Source: Halothiobacillus sp. (lineage in GTDB: Bacteria; Pseudomonadota; Gammaproteobacteria; Halothiobacillales; Halothiobacillaceae). From it: 64,000 nucleotides of DNA. Positions 7,578-15,424 of the stretch are shown here, piece by piece. The notes below the pieces were generated by a model. That model had not been told where the DNA came from. It saw only the letters and a program-made list of their open reading frames with translations, and ran no database searches. A program made the translations under genes and the position numbers. The stretch lies in the NCBI RefSeq assembly GCF_024636015.1, contig NZ_JAGXHU010000023.1. One strand, 5' to 3'. Each line of letters starts with the position of its first letter. Positions within the stretch are counted from its first letter, which is position 1.

Positions 7578-9455
7578 TTAGCCGCGAGCGCCGCCAGACA
7601 TCGTGACCGCCGCGCCAGTCATGCTGCTGCCGCTGCAGCCAGTTACACGGCTCGGTTTGGCTTCCGGCTGTTCCGCTTTGCGAAATTCCCGCGCATTTCG
7701 CGTCGGGCCACTGGGACGCGTCTCACTGCGCCAGGTCGGATTGCGGCGTGCAGCCGACAAACCTTCAGTCCCGGTTACTCTGTCGCCTCGATCCCAAGCA
7801 TCTCCCGTAACATTGCGCTCACGGCCTTCGCCGGTAATGCGCTCCGGGCTTCGATCTTTGGCATCTGCCATGGCTTCACTGGACGATTGAACGCCGTCGC
7901 GGTAACGAAACTCAGGGGTGCCGGAGACCTTCCCCGTGGCAAGTGCGAGTGACCCGGTAATTCGATCGGTTCCACCATAGGCACTGCCCGTGATTCGCTG
8001 GGTAGCGTCTTGAGACGAGTGCGCAGGTGAGACGATGGAAAAGCCACCACACTGAGGTTTACGGGCAGAATCCGTAGCCGTTTCGACGGACGAAGTTGAT
8101 TGGCTACTCGCCGGAATCACGTACTGTTCACGCTGCAACCGGTTCTTCGCTTCGGTGACTTCTCTGTCCGCGCAAAACGCCGCGTATTGATCCGCACCAA
8201 TGTAGGACGAGCCGGTTACCGGTTTGCACGCGCCATACTCATCGCCGGTCACGCTGGATGAACGACCTAGCTGCGTACCCGATACGTTCTGGCCATTGAG
8301 TGTGGGAGACACGCCTACTTTCGCGGGCGGCTGGTACGGCTGTTCACGGCAAAAGGAAGAAAACTCCTCACTGCTTAAATAATCGGAACCGGTAATTCGC
8401 TCACACGCCCCTCTTTCCGCGCCCGAAACCTTGTTTGAGCGGCCAATGAGTGTTCCGCTGACCGTCCCACCAGCATTGGTGTGGGTAATTTCGACCTTTT
8501 TCGGTGCCTCTTCAGTTTTACGACGCAACGCAGTTGTATCGGTGTAATCACTCCCGGTAATGACACGGTTCGCACCGGATTCTCCGCCCGTTACGTCGAC
8601 CCCGCGATTCAAATCAGTGCCACTGATCATGTTCTTCATGGCTGTCATGCCAAAACCCGACTTTTCATGATGCGCTTCAGGCGTTGTGCCACAAAAAGTC
8701 CGGGTTTGTTCTGCGGCCAGGTATTCGGTGCCGGTGACTCGTGAGCAAGTCCCCGTTTCGTCGCCTGAAACTTTCTGGCTGCGGCCAATCTCGGTGCCAG
8801 TCACACGACCACCACGACTCGTGCTGCTCGAACTTACTTTTGCCGGGGATGGCGATGGCTTAGTCCCGCAAAACTGGTTATATTGTTCCACCCCGATATA
8901 TTCGGTGCCTGTGATCGTGCGGCAACTACCGGACTCGTTGCCCGTCGTGGCAGGCGACCGCTCGAGCTGGCTACCGCTGACCTGAGCACCTGAAAGCGTT
9001 GTACCGAAATTGAATTTCTGGGGGACGCGGCCACAGGGCTGCGCAGGGGGCTTGTTCCCACGTCCACGCAAAGATTGATTAATCCGGCGTTGCTGTGCCG
9101 CGGAAATCGGGGCAGGGTTGGAGACGAGCGGCGTTGTTTTGACTTCCTGGGTTTTGACTTCCTGGACCGTTTGATTCCCGCAATTGCAAGCGTGCGGTTC
9201 GGCACTAGCAGTCGCAGCGGGGGTGTTTTGAGTCAAAATTGGCGCGGGCGCAGGGGTTGGCGAAAGTTCGCCGCCCTTTGCGGCACTTGGTGCCCGATTG
9301 ACGCTTGAATTACGCTTTGCATCGGCTCCAGGCAGGCCTTTTTTACCGTAAAGAGAGAGCGCTCTTCTCCGTGCCAATGCGGCATCACAGTTAGAAAGTT
9401 TCTCCGAATTACTACTTGTACTATCTTGGTTCATGGATTGATTCCTTATGCTCAT
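7578..9455 (-). CDS. csoS2: Carboxysome scaffold protein CsoS2 (intrinsically disordered, repeat-rich)
   Basis: The basic N-terminal region carries R/K motifs (ALARRRALSLYGKKG; AAQQRRINQSLRGRGNK). The middle region has repeated [VI][ST]G triplets and Cys pairs (..VSG..G.C..[IV]TG[TS][ED]Y......F C..). The C-terminal VTG/ITG repeats end ...TMSGGARG. An alternative start at 9434 (MNQDSTS) has the better Shine-Dalgarno (AAGGAA). Confidence 0.9.
   Translation of the reverse strand: MSIRNQSMNQDSTSSNSEKLSNCDAALARRRALSLYGKKGLPGADAKRNSSVNRAPSAAKGGELSPTPAPAPILTQNTPAATASAEPHACNCGNQTVQEVKTQEVKTTPLVSNPAPISAAQQRRINQSLRGRGNKPPAQPCGRVPQKFNFGTTLSGAQVSGSQLERSPATTGNESGSCRTITGTEYIGVEQYNQFCGTKPSPSPAKVSSSSTSRGGRVTGTEIGRSQKVSGDETGTCSRVTGTEYLAAEQTRTFCGTTPEAHHEKSGFGMTAMKNMISGTDLNRGVDVTGGESGANRVITGSDYTDTTALRRKTEEAPKKVEITHTNAGGTVSGTLIGRSNKVSGAERGACERITGSDYLSSEEFSSFCREQPYQPPAKVGVSPTLNGQNVSGTQLGRSSSVTGDEYGACKPVTGSSYIGADQYAAFCADREVTEAKNRLQREQYVIPASSQSTSSVETATDSARKPQCGGFSIVSPAHSSQDATQRITGSAYGGTDRITGSLALATGKVSGTPEFRYRDGVQSSSEAMADAKDRSPERITGEGRERNVTGDAWDRGDRVTGTEGLSAARRNPTWRSETRPSGPTRNAREFRKAEQPEAKPSRVTGCSGSSMTGAAVTMSGGARG
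9137..9166. repeat. 15-nt tandem duplication inside the csoS2 N-terminal linker (in frame; duplicates the pentapeptide in VQEVKTQEVKT)
   Basis: The unit ttttgacttcctggg (9137-9151) is followed directly by ttttgacttcctgga (9152-9166), matching at 14 of 15 positions. Confidence 0.9.
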
Positions 9456-9603
9456 CTGTTAATCATTAGGATTGGGCGTCCACAGAACCCGCCCTTGAAA
9501 TGGAATATACGGAGACCGGTTCAATATAGATAATTAATAATAATTACCGTAATCATCCAGAAAACTGAATGCATGAATCCTCAAATAACGAAAGAAAAAG
9601 GCC
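9456..9603. promoter_or_regulatory. Divergent cbbR / cso-operon control region
   Basis: A 148-bp AT-rich spacer separates divergent csoS2 and cbbR. It contains taattaataataa (9531-9543), which fits the loose CbbR/LysR pattern TNA-N7-TNA. That match is weak evidence in such AT-rich DNA. Confidence 0.4.
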
Positions 9604-10542
9604 ATGAAAATAACCTTTCATCAGCTACGCTTATTGGAGTCAGTCGCCCGGAACGCCAGCTATACACGCGCTTCCGAGGAGCTTCACTTGACTCAGCCCG
9701 CGGTCTCCACTCAAATCAAGTTGCTGGAGCAAGAAGTCGGCTTGCCACTCTTCGAGCAGCTGGGAAAAAAGATCTTCCTGACTGAAGCAGGAAAAGAGAT
9801 GTACGAATTCAGCCGCAGCATTACGCAGCAGGTTCGAGACATTGAATCGGTCTTTGATGACTTAAAGGGCGTGAAGCGTGGCAACTTATCGCTAACGGTC
9901 ACCAGCACCGGCAAATATTTCGCACCGTATCTGCTTGCCGAGTTCGTCAAGCTTCACCCGGGCACGAAAGTCCACCTTGAAGTTACGAACCGCGAAGAAC
10001 TTCTGGTCAAATTGCAAGAAAATATCCCGAACATGGCGATCATGGGGAGACCCCCCAGCACACTGGAATTGACTTCACAGGAATTCATGAATAACCCTCT
10101 GGTCGTCTTTTCCCGCTCGGACCATCCCTTGGCGAAGGTCAAGAACATTCCAATCAGTCGGTTGATGGAAGAAAACTTTATTCTGCGGGAACGTGGTTCA
10201 GGCACGCGCAATGCGGTGGAAGACTTCTTCGAGCAACGTGACATGAAACTCAACACTTCGATGGAAATGAGCCGAAATGAAGCGGTCAAACATTCCGTAA
10301 TGGCGGGGTTGGGATTGGGGATCATCTCACTGCACGCATTGGAATTGGAACTGGCACTAAATTTAATTGCTATTCTCGATGTAGAAGGCTTTCCGGTTAT
10401 GAAGAAGTGGTATCTGGTGTATCGCACGGGCAAGCGCATGTCGCCCATTGCACAAGCATTCCACGATTTCGTACTCAATTCGGCCGAGCTAGTTTTCCCC
10501 AAACCGACGAAAATCTTAAGTTGTGAAGAGGATCTAAAATAA
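9604..10542 (+). CDS. cbbR: LysR-family regulator CbbR (RuBisCO/carboxysome operon activator type)
   Basis: It is divergent from the cso operon. It has a wHTH (FHQLRLLESVARNASYTRASEELHLTQPAVSTQIKLLE) and the CbbR-like effector-domain motifs KYFAP, RERGSGTR and NEAVKHSVMAGLGLG. Confidence 0.85.
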   Translation: MKITFHQLRLLESVARNASYTRASEELHLTQPAVSTQIKLLEQEVGLPLFEQLGKKIFLTEAGKEMYEFSRSITQQVRDIESVFDDLKGVKRGNLSLTVTSTGKYFAPYLLAEFVKLHPGTKVHLEVTNREELLVKLQENIPNMAIMGRPPSTLELTSQEFMNNPLVVFSRSDHPLAKVKNIPISRLMEENFILRERGSGTRNAVEDFFEQRDMKLNTSMEMSRNEAVKHSVMAGLGLGIISLHALELELALNLIAILDVEGFPVMKKWYLVYRTGKRMSPIAQAFHDFVLNSAELVFPKPTKILSCEEDLK

Positions 10543-10893
10543 CTTTAGACGTCTGATCGGCGCGCACTGAATACCCCATGTGCCTTTTAATGAGATTGAT
10601 GTGCGTGTAATCCAACCGGTTACCCCGCCGTCCCGGTGAACCACCTATTAACTCAATCCGGCTCTTATCGCCCACTGACTGCGGCACATACCTGCTCCCT
10701 GACCATATCCGCTGAATTGGCTCGCTCAACATTGGGATATGCTGGCATTGCAACACGCCGCCAGAAGCTGTCTGGCACAGAACCTGCTTGTACAATCCCA
10801 GCCCCAAGGAAGACTTTCCCGGCACGAGGAACCTCCTCCCGCACATTTGACCTAAGTACCAATAGTGAGATCACTTTTTTTGAGATCAAATCG

Positions 10894-11658
10894 ATGATGC
10901 CCATAACCCATCTACCACGCTGGCTTGATCCGGCAGTACGCCGAACCGCTCGGGGGCTGGTGGCCGGGCTATGCCTCTACATGGTCGGAGGGCTCCTCTC
11001 GATTACGTTCGCCGGAACCAATCCGGAATTTCAAAGCACCCAGTCCATTGAGGAAGCGGTGCAGACTTTCCTGAAACAACGCTACAACCCAGCCGGCTCG
11101 GCCATCAGTTTTCATATCAATAGACTCGACCCCCGCCTTAAACTCAAGCTTTGCGACCAACCTCTGCGGGTGTATTCGGGGAGCCAACCCAATCCGCGCG
11201 GCGGGCGGGTCACGGCACAAGTTGCGTGTGAAGGGTCGAGCCCCTGGCGCATTTATGTGCCAGCGCAGATTCGGCACATGGTCAAAGTGTTAAGCCTGGC
11301 CAGACCACTTGCAGCAGGCGATCGCGTTACCGCTCAAGATCTCATGTCGCTGGTTGTGAACGCGAACCAACAGGCACAGGCGTATCTAACGGATCCATCT
11401 GACGCCATTGGCCAAGTTGTATCTCACCCAATGCAAGCAGGACAAATCCTGACAAAGCGTGATTTGAATATTGCACAGATCGTGCATCGAGGAGATCATG
11501 TCACTCTGATTTCCGGCACCGGCGGTATTACCGTTTCTGCCGAAGGGGTAGCTCAAGCGGACGCAGGTCAGGGACAGCGGTTAATGGTGAAGAACAGCCG
11601 TTCAGGACAACTTATCGAGGGTATCGTGCAGGATGCGCATACCGTGGTTGTCCCCTGA
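10894..11658 (+). CDS. flgA: Flagellar basal-body P-ring formation chaperone FlgA (SAF domain)
   Basis: An N-terminal signal-like segment is followed by a C-terminal FlgA/SAF pattern (IVHRGDHVTLISGTGGITVSAEGVAQADAGQGQRLMVKNSRSGQLIEGIV). It lies upstream of flgM-flgN. I chose the start at the ATGATG at 10894; the ORF is open from 10636. Confidence 0.7.
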   Translation: MMPITHLPRWLDPAVRRTARGLVAGLCLYMVGGLLSITFAGTNPEFQSTQSIEEAVQTFLKQRYNPAGSAISFHINRLDPRLKLKLCDQPLRVYSGSQPNPRGGRVTAQVACEGSSPWRIYVPAQIRHMVKVLSLARPLAAGDRVTAQDLMSLVVNANQQAQAYLTDPSDAIGQVVSHPMQAGQILTKRDLNIAQIVHRGDHVTLISGTGGITVSAEGVAQADAGQGQRLMVKNSRSGQLIEGIVQDAHTVVVP

Positions 11659-11671
11659 GGCGAGATGACCC

Positions 11672-11698
11672 TAAAGTTTTCCGGGGGCGTGCCGATAA
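11672..11698 (+). promoter_or_regulatory. Sigma-28 (FliA) class-3 flagellar promoter for flgM-flgN
   Basis: TAAAGTTT (11672-11679), an 11-nt spacer and GCCGATAA (11691-11698) give an exact match to the enterobacterial sigma-28 consensus TAAAGTTT-N11-GCCGATAA. It lies about 90 nt upstream of the flgM ATG. Confidence 0.8.
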
Positions 11699-11788
11699 GG
11701 CATGCAAGCATGGAGCAACCCGCGTTTTGACCTTTTCGCGTATGACACCTGGTCTTGCTCGCCAACCGAATTCACAGAGGACATAATC

Positions 11789-12103
11789 ATGGACAAAATT
11801 GATGGCGGAAGCGGCAAGAACGGATACGGCAACACGGTCGTCAACAACCGGAATACGACCAACACCAATGCGGCTCAGACGAATAGCGTAACCGCGGACA
11901 CCTCCCCTTCGGACGAATCTTCCGTGAGCCTCTCTTCAGGCGCGGCAAACATGAAATCGCTTACGCAAACTCTGTCGGCGGAACCCAGCTTCGATCAAGC
12001 AAAGGTCGACCGGATCAAGACCCTGATCTCTCAAGGTCAGTACAGCATTGATCCGGCAAAGATTGCTGCCAAGTTTGCGTCGATGGAAGGCCAGCACGGC
12101 TAA
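11789..12103 (+). CDS. flgM: Anti-sigma-28 factor FlgM
   Basis: The 104-aa protein has a low-complexity N-terminus and a conserved FlgM C-terminus (FDQAKVDRIKTLISQGQYSIDPAKIAAKF). AGAGGA lies 8 nt upstream of the ATG at 11789. Confidence 0.8.
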   Translation: MDKIDGGSGKNGYGNTVVNNRNTTNTNAAQTNSVTADTSPSDESSVSLSSGAANMKSLTQTLSAEPSFDQAKVDRIKTLISQGQYSIDPAKIAAKFASMEGQHG

Positions 12104-12121
12104 AACGATGATATCGACCTC

Positions 12122-12625
12122 TTGAACGCGCTCAGCAACATTCCCGACGCACCGCAGATCATCCATGATCTGCAGATGGCTGTGGACAATCTGTCCGAGC
12201 ACCATCGTAAACTCGCCACCCTGATCGCCACGCCGAATGAGGCGGAAAGCGCCGATGTGCAGCTTGACGACATTGTGCTGGCCATCAAATCCGGGAATGA
12301 ACAACTGGAAGCAGCTGAAACCCATCGACAGCAATGGGTGACGCATCAAGCACCGGGTATGGATATGGTCGTTGCCCTGAAACGCATCGATCACGCGAAT
12401 CAGAGCCAGCTCCTTGATGAATGGCTGAAACTGCAACCCCGCATCGAAGTGTTGCACGGCCTGATGCAGCGTCATCAACCCGTTGTTGATCGCCTCGCGC
12501 AGTTCATGCAAGAACGCGTCAATATTCTGACCCAGTCCATCGCACCCACCGACACCAGCCTGTACGCATCCAGCGGAAAGACCGCCCCATCCTCTGGCCG
12601 TCAGCGCTCCCTCGGCGACGCCTGA
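12122..12625 (+). CDS. flgN: Flagellar export chaperone FlgN-like protein
   Basis: A helical ORF of about 167 aa lies immediately after flgM, the canonical flgMN arrangement. The start (TTG at 12122) is uncertain, and the family assignment rests on position plus general composition. Confidence 0.45.
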   Translation: MNALSNIPDAPQIIHDLQMAVDNLSEHHRKLATLIATPNEAESADVQLDDIVLAIKSGNEQLEAAETHRQQWVTHQAPGMDMVVALKRIDHANQSQLLDEWLKLQPRIEVLHGLMQRHQPVVDRLAQFMQERVNILTQSIAPTDTSLYASSGKTAPSSGRQRSLGDA

Positions 12626-12743
12626 TTCCTTCGCTCTCATTCATTCCCCGGCACGGTCTGCAGCGGGTTGATTGAACGTCAAGTTCTTGGCGAAGCACCC
12701 TCAATACATTATCGAAATGGCGCCCAATAGGCCCGACAACGAA

Positions 12744-13454
12744 CTAGGTCTCCGATGGTTTTGCTGCACGTTCCCATAACATGAACAGGCTTTCCCCCGC
12801 TTGCCCCTGCCGGACGATGGTCCAGCCGGGGAGCTTGATCGAGGGCAGTCCCGCGCTCTGCTCGACATACATTCGCGCATGCGGTGCCAGCCAATCCACC
12901 TCATTTAATCGGGAAAGCACCGCCTGAAGCAGGTCCGGCCGGGCAAAAGGCGGATCAAGAAACACCAGATCGATAAGCCCCAGCGCCAGATCGGACTGTT
13001 TCAGCCAGACGGTGGCATCTGCCCGCCAGATGTGCACCCGCTCAGGCGGCACAGCCAACTCCGCCATATTCCGGCGGATCTCTCCGGCAACGCGCGCCGA
13101 TTGCTCGACCACCCCCAGCCAAGCCGCACCCCGCGACAGCGCCTCCATACCCAGTATTCCACTGACGGCAAACAGATCTAATACCCGCCAACCGGACAAA
13201 TCCTGTCCAAGCCAGTTGAACAGGGTTTCACGGACACGATCCGGCGTCGGGCGCAAACCTGGTGCCGCCGGAAAATGGACTTGCCGTGAGCGCATCATGC
13301 CCCCGGTGATTCGAAGTCTTTGCCGCCCGGGCATCGCACGCGCGCCGTGCGTGGGCAACGAGCGCAGCGGTTCATCACCATCCTCCGGTGCCGTTGTTTC
13401 ACGCCGTTTCAACCGGATCCCGGCCGGCTTCTTGTTCGGGGGTGAGCGACTCAA
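12744..13454 (-). CDS. rsmD: 16S rRNA (guanine966-N2)-methyltransferase RsmD
   Basis: The motifs RITGG..R.R.....PGLRPTPDRVRETLFNWL, DLFAVSGILGMEALSRGA and FLDPPF are present. It is divergent from ftsY, as in E. coli (rsmD/yhhF-ftsYEX-rpoH). The TTG at 13454 is preceded by AGGAGA; an alternative ATG lies at 13334. Confidence 0.85.
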   Translation of the reverse strand: MSRSPPNKKPAGIRLKRRETTAPEDGDEPLRSLPTHGARAMPGRQRLRITGGMMRSRQVHFPAAPGLRPTPDRVRETLFNWLGQDLSGWRVLDLFAVSGILGMEALSRGAAWLGVVEQSARVAGEIRRNMAELAVPPERVHIWRADATVWLKQSDLALGLIDLVFLDPPFARPDLLQAVLSRLNEVDWLAPHARMYVEQSAGLPSIKLPGWTIVRQGQAGESLFMLWERAAKPSET

Positions 13455-13621
13455 AAGGCTCTCCTATCAATCGATTTTAAGACCTGATAATTATGACCTG
13501 TCCGATCGGTGTAATCGAAGGGTTTTGCCCATGATAAGATGCGTCATTATTCAGGAAATCTGTACGCTCACCATATTTCCGATTCGTTACTCTATTGATC
13601 GAACCCCCCGAAGGCCTTCTG

Positions 13622-14758
13622 ATGTTTGGATTCTTGCGTCGTAAAAAAAATACCGAGCCGGTTGAGCAGCCCATCCGTCCTGAGCAGACGTCTGACGAAA
13701 CCATACAGCCGTCCCCGGCGCCGGTCGCAGCTCCCTCAGAAACGGCCATGCCACTCGCCCCGCACACCGCGAACATGGATACCCCTGCCGCCGATATCTC
13801 GAACACAGGCAGCGATGCCGGTGCCGCCTCGACGGAAAAACCCAAATCACGCTTCTGGCAACAGCTCACCCGCTCCCGGTCCAATCTGACCGAGGGCTTG
13901 GGTGATCTGTTGCTCGGCAAAAAGCAGATTGATGACGAACTGTTGGAAGAGCTTGAAACACGTCTCTTGATGGCCGACGTCGGACAAAATACTACCCAAG
14001 CCCTGATCCGCGAACTCCAGCAAGCTACCGCGCGCAAACTCATCAACGATCCCGAAGCCCTGTTTGAGAAACTCGGCGCGTTGATGGTCCTTCGCCTGCA
14101 ACGCGTGCAGAAACCCCAGCCCTCATTCCAAGAGCATCCCCACATCATCGTGGTCTGCGGAATCAACGGGGCCGGAAAAACGACGACCATCGGCAAACTT
14201 GCCTTCCACTTTAAACAGGCGGGACACAAGGTCATGCTGGCGGCCGGTGATACCTTCCGTGCGGCAGCCGTCGAACAGCTGATCACCTGGGGCGAACGTA
14301 ACCAGATACCGGTCATCGGTGAACCCGGGCGCCACGACGCTGCCTCCGTTCTTTTCGATGCCGTCCAGTCCGCACGGGCACGCCAGATGGATGTCCTCAT
14401 CGCGGATACAGCCGGCCGACTTCATACCCAGGGCGGGTTGATGGACGAGCTGAAAAAGCTGGTGCGCGTTCTCGGCAAGGCCCAGCCGGACGCCCCGCAC
14501 GAAATTCTGCTCGTGCTGGATGCCAGCATCGGTCAGAACGCCCTCAGCCAGGCGCGACTCTTTCATCAGGCGGTAGGGGTCACCGGCCTGATCGTCACCA
14601 AACTCGATGGCACAGCCAAGGGCGGCATTCTCTTTGCGATCGCCGACGAGCTAGGACTACCGATTCAATTTATTGGCGTGGGCGAACAACTGGCGGATCT
14701 GCGCCCCTTCGAACCCCAGCAATTTGTGGACGCACTACTGGATCGAGAGACCATATGA
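13622..14758 (+). CDS. ftsY: Signal recognition particle receptor FtsY
   Basis: An acidic, low-complexity N-terminal region precedes an NG domain (GINGAGKTTTIGKLA, DTAGRLHTQ, TKLDGTAKGG). The ATG at 13622 (MFGFLRRKK) is preceded by GAAGG. Confidence 0.95.
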   Translation: MFGFLRRKKNTEPVEQPIRPEQTSDETIQPSPAPVAAPSETAMPLAPHTANMDTPAADISNTGSDAGAASTEKPKSRFWQQLTRSRSNLTEGLGDLLLGKKQIDDELLEELETRLLMADVGQNTTQALIRELQQATARKLINDPEALFEKLGALMVLRLQRVQKPQPSFQEHPHIIVVCGINGAGKTTTIGKLAFHFKQAGHKVMLAAGDTFRAAAVEQLITWGERNQIPVIGEPGRHDAASVLFDAVQSARARQMDVLIADTAGRLHTQGGLMDELKKLVRVLGKAQPDAPHEILLVLDASIGQNALSQARLFHQAVGVTGLIVTKLDGTAKGGILFAIADELGLPIQFIGVGEQLADLRPFEPQQFVDALLDRETI

Positions 14759-15423
14759 TCGAATTTGATGGAGTTAGCCGCCGCTTCAGCAATGGCCACT
14801 TCGGTCTGCAGGATGTCAGCTTCCATATCCCCGAGGGTCGCATGGTCTTTCTGACCGGTCACTCCGGCTCAGGAAAATCGACGCTGCTCCGCATGATCCC
14901 CGCGCTGGATCACCCCACCAGCGGTCAGGTCCGCATCGGCGGGCATGATCTGCAGAAAATGCGCCACCACCAATATCCCAAATTGCGCCGTCAGATCGGC
15001 GTGGTTTTCCAGGATCACCACCTGCTCCCCGATCGACGCGTATTCGACAATGTGGCACTCCCCCTCCAGGTATCTGGATTTGGCAGTAAGGACATTCGGC
15101 GCCGGGTCGAAGCCGCACTCGACAAGGTCGGCCTGCTCGCGCGCCAGCGGGCGCTGATCGAGGAGCTTTCCGGCGGTGAGCAACAACGGGTCAATATCGC
15201 CCGGGCCTTGGTCAATCGCCCAAAAATCCTGCTGGCCGATGAACCGACCGGCAATCTCGACCCGGAACTGTCGCGGGACATTTTCAACCAGTTTTCCGAT
15301 TTCCACGCCGTCGGCGTCACCGTCCTGATCGCCAGTCACGACCTGCACCTGCTCAAAACCTACGCCGTCCCCCGCATCGTGCTCAACCAGGGACGGCTCT
15401 CCCATATCGAGGAGGCATTCTGA
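14755..15423 (+). CDS. ftsE: Cell division ABC transporter ATP-binding protein FtsE
   Basis: It has Walker A (GHSGSGKST), the ABC signature (LSGGEQQR) and Walker B (ILLADEPT). It overlaps the ftsY stop. Confidence 0.95.
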   Translation: MIEFDGVSRRFSNGHFGLQDVSFHIPEGRMVFLTGHSGSGKSTLLRMIPALDHPTSGQVRIGGHDLQKMRHHQYPKLRRQIGVVFQDHHLLPDRRVFDNVALPLQVSGFGSKDIRRRVEAALDKVGLLARQRALIEELSGGEQQRVNIARALVNRPKILLADEPTGNLDPELSRDIFNQFSDFHAVGVTVLIASHDLHLLKTYAVPRIVLNQGRLSHIEEAF

Positions 15424-15424
15424 G

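Noticed and set aside
8500-8530. CCG AAA AAG run in csoS2 as a candidate -1 frameshift site (H. neapolitanus CsoS2 is reported to frameshift)
   Set aside because: In the zero frame the heptamer is G AAA AAG, not the canonical X XXY YYZ pattern, and I could not identify a convincing downstream stimulatory structure by eye.
10636-10893. 86-codon N-terminal extension of the flgA ORF
   Set aside because: The ORF track starts at a non-ATG codon, and the extension has no signal peptide. The ATGATG at 10894 gives a normal FlgA-length protein beginning with a hydrophobic export segment.
11936-12640. 234-aa minus-strand ORF
   Set aside because: It is antisense to flgM and flgN, which are supported by the sigma-28 promoter, Shine-Dalgarno sites and the FlgM C-terminal motif.
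13477-14400. 307-aa minus-strand ORF
   Set aside because: It is antisense to ftsY, making it a shadow ORF.
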